Shown here: piece by piece, positions 40,913 through 55,930 of the stretch
How the letters are laid out: every line of letters begins with the position of its first letter
Position numbering within the stretch: position 1 is the stretch's first letter
NCBI RefSeq assembly: GCF_006345805.1
Contig: NC_043003.1
Location: forward strand, 45,136,001-45,200,000
Reading direction: 5' to 3'
Source: Octopus sinensis
Lineage: Eukaryota
DNA: 64,000 nt
Program-made: the position numbers and the translations under genes
Notes under the pieces: model-generated
What the model saw: only the letters and a program-made list of their open reading frames with translations
Database searches by the model: none
Told to the model about the DNA's origin: nothing

Positions 40913-42234
40913 GTGTGTGTGTGTGTGTGTATGTGTGTGTATATATGTGTGCGTATGTGTGTGTGTATGTCCAAGTGTGTGCACGTATATTTGTATGTAT
41001 GTAGGTTTGAGCGTATTTTTCTGCTTCTTTGTCACCTTCAACCGCTTCACCACGGGTATTGTTTTGTCTCCTTCTCTATTAACTAAAAAGTATGTCGATG
41101 AGTGCGCCCCTATATCCTTTATTTTACCCCTGGATAACTGCAATAGTGACTGAAACATTAAAATTCTAAAAGAACGTAAATATATTGTGAAATGTATTAT
41201 TCCATAGATTTACAGTTTACATGTGTCTGAGAAACTACCCTCCTACAGTTATATATACATCAAATTATTTCGAAATTAGTGATGGTGAATACATATTTAA
41301 TTTCAACGAAGTTTCAGTGAATTTTGATGTGTAAGTTAACTGAAAATGTCGACAGTCTTAAATGATGGCTTGGAGGAAACAATGACTGGGCTTAAAACAG
41401 TATAGATGTAGATATATGCCTTCTGAAAAGAGTGTTTAGTCCGAACTTGGGAAGTTTAACCATAGATCATAATGGGATAGACAAAGACAAACAGCCCTAG
41501 AAAACCATTTAGTACGAACTAATATGTTTTAGCGGGCAAAGAGCAAATATTTATGCATGATGTAAGTACCACATGCAGCTAGGAGGAACCAAAAAAAAAA
41601 CTAATTTTAAGAGGTATTTTTTATAAACGAAATATCGAAAAAAATTTCAGAAAAATACAACACAACATGACATATTGCGTTGGTTTTTTCACTAATAAAG
41701 TGTGAAAAATTGCGGAGGGGGTGAGGAATAAATTTACATCTGAATATTCTCCACTAACATCTTGCATCCCCTTAATCGTCTTATAACAAATGATTTTACT
41801 GAGCTGGGGGCATTCTTAAGAATGATGTGTTTTTTTCTGTGGAACAAGCTATTGCAACGCTCCTCACACTCACATGTCGCTCAAACAATTTCTCTTAATT
41901 TTTCGACTTTTTTTTTTTTGTCAGTCTCTGCTGAATATATTCCTAACCAACACAAGTCTAGACATGAACGCACCTTCCTCTGCAAATTTCATTTTCTTTT
42001 GCTTGTTTTTGTATTTCTCAAACTTATGTAGATGTTTGTCTTCTTCACTACTGTTCAAATTGTGTAACGCCGATTTTCTATTGTGTGTGTGCATATATAT
42101 ATATATATATAAACACATAATAAACACATATACATATATATAAACATATATATACATATATGTATGCGTGCATATATATATATAAATAAATATTTATATT
42201 TATATATGTATGTATATATATATATATATGTATA

Positions 42235-42286
<52 letters not shown>

Positions 42287-42300
42287 TAGATAGATATATA

Positions 42301-43446
<1,146 letters not shown>

Positions 43447-43941
43447 TGATATTTAGAGAAGTATATTATTGAACATGTAAGGACAAAATAGTAAAAATTT
43501 TGAGATAGAAAGTATATCTTCTCATGTTTGAGTTTTTCTAATGTATATGTATCTGAGCTAAACAAAAAATTCTACTGTGTTCATAATGGTGTGTTTGGGG
43601 TTACTTTTCTCTTAGTAAGAACTTTTAATCTAGCCCTTATAATAAATGTTTTGTTCAGAGCGAAGAACGAGTAAGAATCTTATTTCACTCTATGATTTAA
43701 ATATATTTTCTGATAGCCGTTACCCTATAATACTAGCTGTAACAACTGAAACAATTCTGCGTAAGCTGTAGTGTACATAGTCTTCATAAGATGATATATA
43801 GTATTTTATATTGGTACAGGAGTGGCTGTGTGGTCTTCTACTATAGCCTCGGGCCGACCAAAGCCTTGTGAGTGGATATGGTAGACGGAAACTGAAAATC
43901 TGTCGTGTGTATGTATATACATATATATATATATATATATA

Positions 43942-45325
43942 CTTTATTTTAAGCAGCAGAAAATTCAACAAAATCTGTTACTCTGAGTTTCTCGTTGCCG
44001 TTCATCAGACAGTTTTTGCTAGAATGGAACAATATATATTGATTCAATCTATACTCTTACAAACGCTACACCTTTAAAAAGAAATGGACTTGTTTGATTG
44101 GCCCTTTAGAAAAAACGGTCAATCTTCGAGCGATAAACAAAAAGGTCAAAAATATGTATATATATATAAAAACTTATAAAAATTATAAAAATTATAAAAT
44201 CCGAGGAAAAAAACCGAGAAAAAACCTATTGCCGTTAATGAAGACAGTACAAATTAATGCATAGAAATTAAACCTGTTATAAATACTGCAATACATATTT
44301 ATATTAAAATCCACATATATATATCAACATACACAAAAGGATGCGCGTAAACGCCATACATACATATACAGACGTATGAATATGAATCTAAATATACACA
44401 TAAAAGCATGTGTCATATATTCACGCAAACCGTCTCGCACGCAAGCTAAAATTCATCTATGTAGCATTCTCATATACTGAGCACGGAGGGGGAACGAAAG
44501 AAAGGAAAGGAGAAAAAGGAACGAAAGAGGGGGGGAACTTGTAGCGATGTTATTGGCATCTATAGAGGCCAGTATACATACACAAGTTTGTGTATTCAAA
44601 CTTGTGTATGTATACTGGCCTCTATAGATGCCAATAACATCGCTACAAGTTTCCCCCCCTCTTTCGTTCCTTTTTCTCTCTTTCCTTTCTTTCGTTCCCC
44701 CTCCTTGCTCAGTATATGAGAATTGCTACATAGATGAATTTTAGCTTGCGTGCGAGACGGTTTGCGTGAATATATGTAACATGCTTTTATGTGTATAATT
44801 TAGATTCATATTCATACGTCTGTATATGTATGTATGGCGTTTACGCGCATCCTTTTGTGTATGTTGATATATATATGTGGATTTTAATATAAATATGTAT
44901 TGCAGTATTTATAACAGGTTTAATTTCTATGCATTAATTTGTACTGTCTTCATTAACGGCAATAGGTTTTTTCCTCGGTTTTTTTCCTCGGATTTTATAA
45001 TTTTTATAATTTTTATAAGTTTTTATATATATATATACATATATTTTTGACCTTTTTGTTTATCGCTCGAAGATTGACCGTTTTTTCTAAAGGGCCAATC
45101 AAACAAGTCCATTTCTTTTTAAAGGTGTAGCGTTTGTAAGAGTATAGATTGAATCAATATATATTGTTCCATTCTAGCAAAAACTGTCTGATGAACGGCA
45201 ACGAGAAACTCAGAGTAACAGATTTTGTTGAATTTTCTGCTGCTTAAAATAAAGCATATTACTCTACCACTGGTATTTGAGTACTCTTTTTTCCACCTTG
45301 TTTCACATTTATGTGTTTACTCCGG
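43942..45325. mobile_element. 1.3-kb palindromic PLE-terminus-like element: ~650-bp arms, 6-nt loop, 70-bp one-sided tail
   Basis: 43942-44590 is the reverse complement of 44597-45254 with few differences; loop tgtatt; tail 45255-45325; (TA)n on both sides. Confidence 0.92.
45178..45227 (+). ncRNA. Type I hammerhead ribozyme (mirror copy on the minus strand at ~43970-44020)
   Basis: CAAAAACTGT-CTGATGA-A-CG-GCAA-CG-A-GAAA-CTC-A-GAG-TA-ACAGATTTTG. Stem I 9 of 10 bp; GNRA-capped stem II; stem III ACTC/GAGT with 1-nt loop; GUA site. Confidence 0.8.
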
Positions 45326-45689
45326 TATATATATATATATATATATACACGGTTCGGCAAAAAGAGACCGATAGAATAAGTACTAGGCTTACAAAGAATT
45401 AGTCCTGGGGTCAATTTGTTCGACTAGAAGCGGTGCTCCGGCATCGCCGCAGTCAAATAACCGAAACAAGTAAAGAATACAAGAATGAAAGAATAGTTAT
45501 TAATGTAATCGGCATTTTCGTTCCTCAGGGATAGGATAACAGCCGAAGCAACTGAGTGTATTGCATGTGTAAATGTAACCAGAAATAACTATCTTCCTAT
45601 TAGATACACATTCATAAATATATACACTTTTCAGGCCATCATCTTCAGGGAATATCATCACAAATTTTCTACGGAATTCCTCTGCTTCA

Positions 45690-46900
45690 GACTGCATTTC
45701 TACAATCTTTTGTTTTCAAGTCTGCTCGTTAGTGGATATACTATCACACTGGGATGATTCTATAGAGATTGGTTCTGGGAGCTTCTGTACAGTGTGTATG
45801 TTATTCTTAGGCACGCTATGCATTGAAATTGTTCAGGCTATACAAGTCAATTTGCTATGTCCGTCTGAATTAAACATATCATTTGAATGATAATTGAAAC
45901 TATGTAGAAAGTCAACATCTTGTCCCACAATTCAAGTATAAATCAATTAACTGGTACCTTCTTATTAAGCAGCATTTCCTTACTATTGGTAACAGTTTCG
46001 GCGTCAGTTACAGCATTCTTGCTTCAATTTAGTTATCCATGTCACTTTCCGGTTAAAATCTGTCCTTTCATGACAATCTCTAGAGCAAAATGAATAGGAT
46101 TTTTATGGGTGTGGCCGCACATATACTAAGAAGATAATTTGCTTAATCATCTTTTAATGAGCTTGTTCGTTTCAGCATTTTTGTAAAGTTACCGAATCTT
46201 TCAAATCTGGAGTTTGCATCCGTGATTCATCGTTATTAAATTTTCCCCAATATTTTAAGAAGAATATCTGTACATTTTTGTTACTTGTCACATGAAACAT
46301 TTTTGGTATGCAGTGAACTTATTCGCCTTACATTTTCTAATAGTATTTGTCTGCTCAAACCGATCCTGCTACGCAGAATGTTTTCCTCTGTTATCGTTTC
46401 CAACTAGGGTTGCTTACGTTCAGTTGTTTCATTACCGTTTGTTCGGCAAATACCTTCCAGCTGTTTCTTCGGATTGAAAGCAACCATTTACGTGAATGTA
46501 TTGTTATTCCAATATGTGTTATCATATATTTTTCATATAGCCTCCAGCAATATCATCAATAACTTTTATCATGAGTGGTTGCATTAAATTTTTTTTTTAT
46601 ACTACTTTCGGCAAAACAGACCTTTTGTTTAACGGTAGTTTCTGGAAGCTGGAAAAAATTGTTTTCAAACTGTGGTTATAAAATGTATTAAATTTACATA
46701 TGGAGATGAAGGAGAGGAGAGATGTATAATAGTTGTGCTGGTGATGCTGGCGATGCTGGTGGTGCTGACATGGACGGTTTGATTACAGTTTTATCCATCC
46801 TCATTTTTTTCTTTTTGCTGCTTTTGAATATAACCAGAAAATTTGATACCATCAGAAGAAGTAGGATATCAAGTGCTATCTCTAATAGCTGGTTCTCCGG
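45690..46900 (-). mobile_element. Very degraded R4/Dong fragment
   Basis: NKKVPVN*FILELWDKMLTF (compare NWKAPGPD...W.KKLT) followed by PEQFQCIACLRITYTL (compare P.NYRPITCL.T.YKL). Confidence 0.45.
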
Positions 46901-47808
46901 CTTAAAATGATGATGTTTGCTGTGGGTTACGTTTATGAGGTCTTTGTTGCCTTTATAATTGCAACGGTTTAAATTTTAATTTAAATTCAAAACTTAAGTG
47001 ACGTAGGAATAATTTTCTCTTCTTCGATACCTCATATTGGTGATAGAACATGTAGGTATTCGTATTGGTCGTGTTGATGCTATGTATTAGTCATGTTGAT
47101 GCTATCAATGCAATCCATGTTTTATGAACAAAATCTTACAGGGTAGTAAACGTTTTATAAAAATCCTGACTGAATAATGGGTGATTGTTGAGTAAAATAT
47201 TTTACCATTACCTATTGCAAATGAAGGAACTAGCTACTGATCTACGTTTTGTTACATCAATGTACTTGACTAAAAAAGAAACGTTAAGAAGCATATTTAA
47301 GACGATCGTTTACGACAGTGCCTCTGTTTTTGTCGGCAACCTATATGGTTACAAGCAAATATGTATAAGCAATGATTTAGAACACTTTTTTACGAAACCA
47401 CAGCAATGCAATGGCGGTAAGATTTCTTGTAAATAAGAATAAGGAAAATTCGCATATACTGAATTTGTGTTGCATGCCAGAGTATACTTTGTTTTTATTG
47501 TACTCGTATTCAGGTGCTTTTTTTTTCTTCCGGAAGTTCCAGACATGTCGTTTCGAGAGTGTAGTGGTAACAACATTTTCTTAACGTATTTGAGCTGCCT
47601 TATGCGGAAATTTCCTTCGATTGGGTATAACGGAAGAATTTCACTACCAGGTAGAAAATCATATTTATATATGCTCAAATACGTACACACTTACACTCTG
47701 ATGTTCGGTCTTTCTCTGTTTGTCAGTCTCTCTTTCTCTTTATTTCTCTCTTCCACCCTCATTCTCTCTCTCTCTCTCTCTCTCTCTGACACGCACACAC
47801 GGAGATGC

Positions 47809-47931
<123 letters not shown>

Positions 47932-49619
47932 GTATGTATACATAAAATTATAATTAAGAGTATCGCTAACACGATGGTACCTTTTAGATAACCTTCATTA
48001 TAATTTTAATAATAATTATTACCTATGAGGTTTTTATTCCCATGCTAGCCACTTGATACGATCGGTATTTAAAAAGAAACGATCTTTCTTTATACGTATG
48101 TATATATACATGCAAATACACGCCGTGGGAATGCTGTGGATGCCAATACAAACTTTCTACGCATTACAAAGTAAATAAATATTTTTGGAAATAACGTAAG
48201 TGCGAATCGTGCTGCACAATTAGAACAAAAATAGAAAAACATTTTCACATTACGTGGTTAAAATCCCCAAAGTCAAACATTCAGTATATTCAATGCACTT
48301 TATCAGGTATACAACTTATATACTCCCGAAGGTATATATTTTGGTTAGAGATAAGGCAAACGGTCAACGTCGGGAACCATTTTTACGATTATCGTTTCCA
48401 TCTGGAGGATGTTGGGTAGGATACTTATATATGCAGCCCATTCATATACATATCTTGCATAGAGAAATGGAATGAGTTGGCCTTCGTCTCACGAGGTATC
48501 GACCCTACTGGTAATCGCTGAATGGTGCTGAGCACTTTCGTAATTGTTTATGTGCTGTGTGAATGATAGATGCATCCAGTTTCGTTGCGTCTATCATACA
48601 CAATAGAAATTTAACCGATCTTAACACAGGTAACTAGGACGCATCTAAACTTCTGTATTCAATAGAAATCCATATTAAGTTAATTTTATTAACATAAGCT
48701 AATATACATATATCCTTTCTATCATAGATACACATCTTCAAATTCTAACTAGATTAGATAACTAGATTAGATCGACCTCAGCAGAATTTGAAATCAGAAC
48801 TTAATGATGGGCAAAATACTGCTAACATCTTTGTCCCACTACCTCACGATTCTTCCGAGCCGCCACCTTAGGAATAGTTGATAAGTATGACACATACATG
48901 TTTTTAAGCTGCATAACATATAATTTAAGGGCTAAATGGAAATAACGATTCTCACTTTTTAGAGCATTATGCATTTTATTACGATACGTAGTCATAGTTT
49001 AGTAAAGAGGACAGTATATGTCTTATAAATGTTTTAAAGTTTCCAGTGCTTTATATAAGTAATATACAAAGCATTTGCACCGTATGCATAGGTTACTCTC
49101 CCAGAAATGTCCCCTAGTAATATAGGCATTATTCTATCGTTTCTTACATTAGATTTGTTCAATATTAAAATATACAGTCACAGATCCTTATAGTAATAGT
49201 ATGTAGCGGAATAGTTTTGAAAGCATGTATCTTGTCATGTTTGTTCAAAGGATTTCTATTCATGCAAACGTTATGAATTTTGAATGATGATGTACCAGAG
49301 GTATATTTCTGAAAAAAAATCTAGATTGTCTTTGTATTTAGTACGGTAACATCAAACATACATATTTGTATGCTGTGGCATGTTTCACCACTATTTTAAG
49401 TTGCTGTTGGCGGAAAAGATTTATTTAAATTTGTGATCCTTCAGCAATCTGCATTGACACCTGAGGCATTCACAGAGTGTATCTATTCCTGTGTATATGC
49501 GTTTGTGTTTGTGTGTCTATATATTAGTGTGCGTCTGTGTGTTCATATGCAAAGGTGAGCAACTTCCCAAAGAGAATCCGTTCCTATATATATATATACA
49601 TACACACACGCATATATAC

Positions 49620-49673
<54 letters not shown>

Positions 49674-49704
49674 AACACACACACACACGCACACACATAT
49701 ATAT

Positions 49705-49754
<50 letters not shown>

Positions 49755-50871
49755 TATATATATATATACATACTCATTATTTGGGAAATGGTTAGCAAAT
49801 ATACAAAGAAATATACATCGCATATATCTATTCGTTTTGTAAATATGGAAATCTATGTGTGTATGTGTGTGTGTTTGTGTGTGCATGCGTGTATGTGCGT
49901 ATATTTGTACATATACCTGTAGTTATATTTTTGTGAGTGTGTATATACATATGTATAAGCCTAATGTTCACACGGGTCCATATATATTAACATATAATTG
50001 AGACGTATGCATGATTTATATGATCTTTTCTCTGTGTGTGACGGGTTACATATATACACCATACCTGTATATAATTACGTATGCATGTGTGTGTTAATGT
50101 GTGCATATGCATGTATGTATATGTATCTATAAGTAAGTATATATATATATATATATATGCTTGTCTGTATGTATGTGTATAAGTTTGTATGTACGACTGT
50201 ACTTATGTATACATGTCTAAATGTGATAATGTGTGTGTATGTGTGTGTGTGTGCGCGCGCGCTAATCTATATATACACCTTTATCTATAAGTATTCGCAC
50301 AATTATACACAAATAAACGTTTGGATTTAGGAGTTTTAAAAGAGGTTGCTAGGCATAGGAATGTTTAGAAGAGTTCACTCACTCCGAATATTTATACCTA
50401 ATCAATATTGATCGGATTGGAAAAGATATAAAACCACCTTCTGGCTTCAAGTAAAATGATAATATAGATTGAAGGATAAACGAGGCCATTACTAAGGAAG
50501 AAAAATGATCTTTTGATGCGGTTTATCGCAAAGACCGGCGATGATATATCACAAAGTTATATTATGATATTATTGATTTCATACATAGGAATTAGAATTT
50601 TCTTTCGTTGAGAAAATTCATATAGTGACGTTCATGCCGTTTTGCTTTTTTTTCCTCCTTTTCTTGCTTTGTATTTGATTGATTTTTGGTTTCTCTCTAT
50701 TTTTTTTGCTTGTTTGTTATTACGAATATATTTATATCTCAGTGTATATCTATGTATTTTGAATGAACTTCTTCCAATTTTTCTATGTATCTATGGCTTC
50801 GTGTATATATATATTCCTGAATGCATGTAAGTAATTATGTATGCACGGTTGTATATACATCCATATGCATG

Positions 50872-50923
<52 letters not shown>

Positions 50924-51037
50924 TATAAATATAGAAATCTAGACATATACACTTATATAAATGTATGTGTATACATGAAAATACAAATGTGTGTATACAT
51001 ATCTATTATTTATATAGGCAAATTTGTATCGTTTGTG

Positions 51038-51068
<31 letters not shown>

Positions 51069-51511
51069 ATAAGGTATAGAATCCCTTCGGTCATGATTGA
51101 CCATGGGATTGCATCTACAAAATTCTCCTCCGATGAACAAGTTCGGCCAAATTTGCCTATGGAAGACCAGCAGTTACCCCTCTCTTATAACAGTTCGTGA
51201 AGTCCTAATGTTTTAACTCATCCCAGCAACGTTTATCCTTTCCTTAAAGTTTAATACTGGATAATTGAACATCATAGAAGAATGCAGTCCATAATAAACC
51301 TAAAATGCTGTTACCTTTTTGAATTGAGCATATGTTTAATTATATTGTTTGCAATAAAATTTACCATGTGCCAGTTTGTGGTTCTTACCTGGCCCTTCAA
51401 AGAGTGAGTTTATGGCAGACGAAACTGGAAACGTCAATGCGCAGTAAAAAGGAAATCATATTCTTGATAAAATAAAATTCAAATGCAAATTTACTATAAC
51501 TACCCTAAGGT

Positions 51512-52205
51512 ATGTATCTTGCAAGCAAATATGCACCGAAAACATTTGAGATCGTTCAGAACCAAGAGAAAGAAACCATGATGGACCTCTGGGGGACATT
51601 CATCCTCAGCTGCCTAGATTACTGCTCCCAGCTATGGTTATCCAACAGTGTAAAATTAACGGCGGACCATGAAGCAATCCAGCGAAGATTCACAAAGAAG
51701 TTCGTCTCATTGCAGCAGCTCAGCTACTGGGAAAGGCTGAAACAGCTAAGACTCTACTCCGTGGAGCGAAAGCGGGAGAGGTATGCAGTAATATACATCT
51801 GGAAGATCTGGGAGGAATTGTGCCAAATTTTGGCATTGAAAGCTACACCAATGCCAGAATGGGTTGACACTGCACAGTGCCAAAGATCCCAGCAATGCCA
51901 TCGCGTTTCAGGATCAGTTACTACAACAGCCTGGGTTTCAGGGGCCCCCAGCGTTTTAATATTCTCCCAAAGAGAATGAGGAACCTACACAAAATGGATG
52001 TAGGTGGCTTTAAATCAAAACTGGTCCTCTTCTTGTCGAGAGTCTCTGATGAACCTACTCGCAGCAAGAGGTGCAATTGAGAGTTGTGACATCAAACTCC
52101 CTTATTCACCAAATTCCACATATTAGAAGAGGCTCTCAATAATAACAGTGTACACAATGGTGGGGCCCCAGAATGGCCACAGCTCTGAGCTGAAACTAAA
52201 AAAAC
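51512..52205 (+). pseudogene. CR1/L2-type LINE, RT C-terminus and 3' end
   Basis: FILSCLDYCSQLW..EAIQRRFTK..LSYWERLKQLRLYSVERKRERYAVIYIWKI; frameshifted NSLGFRGPQRFNILPK..FKSKL; 3' tail gagctgaaactaaaa. Confidence 0.9.
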
Positions 52206-52624
52206 TTTTCTATGTAAATATATTTAGTTTCAGGAGTAGAAGTCAGAGTGTCCGAAAATGTTGTCAGTTTGAATTAGCAGTCGAAATTGCTTGGTGCTTT
52301 GCGACAGACGTCCATTAACATCTAAAATATATGTGGCTATATAAAACCATAACACAGTTGTTGTATCTTGAAGCATGTACGGTTATTCATTTCTATGAAA
52401 AACAGTAAAAAAAGGCAATATATACTCTCACGATAATTGCCATTGCAATCCACATAGCTAACCTGTTTTGTACAATTAAGGGAACAGGAATTTCAACTGA
52501 TAATTCAATACCGAGGACATGAAAATGTATCGAATAATTGCAACTTTATCGGTAAATGTTTCTTACATATCGTTGTGATATTTGCCATATTAACATAGCG
52601 CATAAAATATTGATTCAAAAATTT

Positions 52625-52822
52625 GGTACAAGACTAACAATTTCGGGGCAGGAAGTAAATCAACTACATCAACCCCAGTACTAACTTGATACTAATTTTA
52701 TCGACACCAAAAAGATGAACGGCAAAATCGGCCTCGGCGGAATTTGAACTCAGAACGTGAGGACAGACGAAGTGTTGCTAACCATTTCGTCAAGGATGCA
52801 GATGATTCTGCCAGCTCGACGC
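52625..52822 (-). mobile_element. SINE family A variant
   Basis: gcaaaatcggcctcggcggaatttgaactcagaacg..ctgccagctcg. Confidence 0.8.
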
Positions 52823-52949
52823 ATTCCTACGAATAAAATATTATGATACTTTGTCCCATTTCCTTCTTTCTGGTATATTTTCATTTGTCTGAATTTATGC
52901 AAAGCATATAGGACACTGTAAATTATAGAAAAATAAAATAAAAATGCCT

Positions 52950-53950
52950 TGGAGCATTTCATTTACTGCAGACTTAGGGACTCCGATGATATTTGGTCAG
53001 CAATAATATATTTTCCGTTTAAAGAAAATTAGACCCCCAATACTCACCTTTCCTTTTATGCTGAATGATTTCTTCCATTTCCGACTTAAAAGACTACTAT
53101 CGTCTTAGTGAATAACTTTTGCCAAATCAAGGTATACTCAATCTCCTTAGTATTGTTTGCAAAGTCAGGTGATACACAGGCAACTATTGATCCATATAAG
53201 ATATTTAGGATTTGGTTATATTGTTGCAAGATTTATATCATGCAATTTACTCCAGGTTGCGAGAAAGGCTTATTTTTTCCTTAAGCAAAAGCTTATTATC
53301 CATTGAATGTGAATCTCTCCAGGCCTTCTCTAACATCATACATAAAGGATGCAGGCCTATAGTTGTTCATCTGCTCTCTACATTGATAATAGCTTCTATT
53401 CATCTATAAATGGATGTTATCAATTCTCTCAGTATTAACGGAAGCTGCAATGTATCTAAATAGTTTTGACAATTCTTTAGGTGTCAGCAAGGCTCACTTT
53501 GCAGGAATTTAATGGTGAGTTGGAAGACGATAAATCATATAACCGAGCCTGTTTGATAAGTATTTACTACTTTATATACTTGGCGTTCAGTTAAACTTAA
53601 ATATCTCAGATTGTTTTGAGCAGAGGGGGAATTGTAAACTATGTATGTTTTTATTTCCGTTGATATTTATGTCACTGAGAAAGATACAGAGATCTGTATT
53701 CTTCTCTTTCCAAAGAAGGACCAATAGCAGAAACATATGTCAGTGTTTTAATTATACTTAATTTTTGCAGAAGCAATGAAGTAATGAAAGCTGTTAATGT
53801 TCCACGTAAGAAAATTCCAAACTATTCAGCTGAATAAGGGACTCCCCATTATTGACACAAGCAATGGTTAAAATAGCAGGTAATAAAACTCAGCTCTTCT
53901 TTTTTTCACTCTATGGGGAATGCGCGGCTAACAAATGCTCAGACCATAAG
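52950..53950 (-). mobile_element. Very degraded CR1-type RT N-terminal region
   Basis: NYRPASF (compare NYRPISL), ILQQYNQILNIL..SPDFA (compare YLDFAKAFD), IIGVP (compare SGVPQG). Confidence 0.45.
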
Positions 53951-54076
53951 AGCTCTGCTAGACATGAAAAGACGAAAATACACATAAAAGTAGATTTAGG
54001 AAGCGTAATGTATAACGTATTCTCCTCGTGAGAACCCTTTGAAATAATAAAAAGTACGTACATAATATTTAATCCA

Positions 54077-54770
54077 CAGCAGAGGAGACCGGGTCTAGTT
54101 GTTACACAGGTAAGTTGTTACAAGCTCATTGTTTCCAACTTCACAAAATAAGTGGCACTCGGGTCTCTACTTCGTGAAGGCCAACTGCATAGTATCACGA
54201 CTGCACATGTGTATTGCACTGGCGGGCTGACACCAGGAAAGGTTTGGCTAAAAAAAAAAACGATTTTTTACTCCATAAGTGAAATTTTGCTACAAATTTA
54301 TTTCCTTTACTAAAGAACAAGTTACTGAAGTAGTTTGTGGCTCATTAGGAAGTGTTCGAAGTTGCCTTATATATATAAGTTGTGCCCTGGATGCTATGCA
54401 TTGCTAGTACTGTGTACGAGGTAATCCCCAGAAATTCATGGTCAGGGTTAATTGTTACATTGTATCAACTTACCCCAGGCATGTAACAACTTACCCCTTC
54501 TATTTCAATTTAATACGCCATGCCTAGAAATTACAAGAGAAAGACTACAAGGAGGTATACCATTCCTGATGTCATGGAAAGAGCCACCAGAAATGTGGAT
54601 GAAAAGAGATCATAACGGGAAGTTGCTGTAAAACAGCGCATAGAGGATGAAATAAACGAACGGAAATCCAAACCAAAGAAGGCAACTGTTACAGAAAAGG
54701 CAACAAAAGGGAGGGGAAAGTCAACAGGCAAAATCAGGTAAAAGCTAAGGGAAGCAGCCTCACGGCAAGC
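54077..54770 (+). mobile_element. pogo/Tigger-like DNA transposon relic
   Basis: ATG at 54520 gives MPRNYKRKTTRRYTIPDVMERATRNVDEKRS*, similar to a psq-type HTH start; inverted subterminal motifs ggtaagttgttaca / tgtaacaacttacc. Confidence 0.5.
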
Positions 54771-54869
54771 AAGTCGCCAATTGGAAATGCCTATAAAACT
54801 CAGCTCTTCCTTTCACTCTATAGGGAATGCGTGGCTAACAAATGCTCAGACCCTAAGAGATTGGTATTC

Positions 54870-55325
54870 TAACTCCCTTCCAGGTTCAGTCCCACGCGTG
54901 ACACCTCGGCCAAGTGTCATCTACTATACCCTTGGGCCGACCAAATCCTTATGTGTAGACTTGATAGAGGGAAACTGAAAGAAACCTCTCGTATATATAT
55001 ATATATATATATAAAACAATGCGAAGCGCATTGTGACCAGCGATGTGTAGCAATATCTTATAGCCTGATCGGTCACGGTGATATATACATACATATATAT
55101 AATTATATATATATATATGTTTTCGTGTGTTTGTGTCTCTGTTTGTCCCGCCTCACCCATCACCATTGTTTGACAACAGATGTTCGTGTGTTTTCGTCCC
55201 CGTAACTTAGCGGTTCAGCAAAATACATACTAAATTAACAAAGAGTAATTTCTATGATCGACTTGAGCGAATAAAACCCCTTCAGATGGTGTTTCAGTAT
55301 GGCTGCAGTCAAATGACTGAAACAA
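54870..55325 (+). mobile_element. SINE family B
   Basis: ccaggttcagtcccacgcgtg..ggaaactgaaagaaacc..cgtaacttagcggttc..gactgaaac. Confidence 0.85.
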
Positions 55326-55599
55326 ATACGAGTAAGTTTTGAATCAAAGAACGTCATTCATGAGCGTAAATATACTTACAGACTCATGTGGTTGGGAAGC
55401 AAATTTCTTACAATACAGCCACATGTATATAAGGGATTATTGAATTTGAAGTACATTTAAAAATTAAATTTCACTAAAATGAATTTTAAATGTTTCAATG
55501 AATAGAAGTAATGTGAGAAAAGAGATAGTGGTGAAAATTAATGAAAAATAAAACTACCTTAATAATTTAGTGGTTCGGCCACTCAATTATTAAGCCACT

Positions 55600-55930
55600 A
55601 AGGCGGCGAGCTGGCAGAAACGTTAGCACGCCGGGCGAAATGCTTTGTAGTATTTAGTCCGCCGCCGCGTTCTGAGTTCAAATTCCACCGAGGTCGACTT
55701 TGCCTTTCATCCTTTCGGGGTCGTTAAATTAAGTACCAGCTCTAATTGACTGGCCCCCTCCCCTAAAATTTCAGGCCTTGTGCCTAGAGTAGAAAAGAGT
55801 TTAGTGGATAGAATAAGTACCAGGTTTTTTTTTTAAAGAAATACTGCGGTCGATTCTTTCTACTCAAAGTTCCAAGTGGCTCCCCAGCATGGCGGTAGTC
55901 TAATAACTGACTCAAGTAAATGATGAAAGA
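55600..55930 (+). mobile_element. SINE family A followed by a family B 3' fragment
   Basis: ggcggcgagctggcagaaacgttagcacg..; gatagaataagtacc..cagcatggcggtagtc. Confidence 0.85.

Larger units (their letters stand above)
43818..45495 (+). mobile_element. SINE family B apparently split by the palindromic element
   Basis: 5' part at 43818-43915 and 3' part at 45349-45495 in the same orientation; the central SINE segment is missing. Confidence 0.6.

Noticed and set aside
51075-51190. Possible HDV-like ribozyme in an RTE-type 5' fragment
   Set aside because: I could not assign P1, P2 and P3 pairings convincingly; a descriptor search would be needed.
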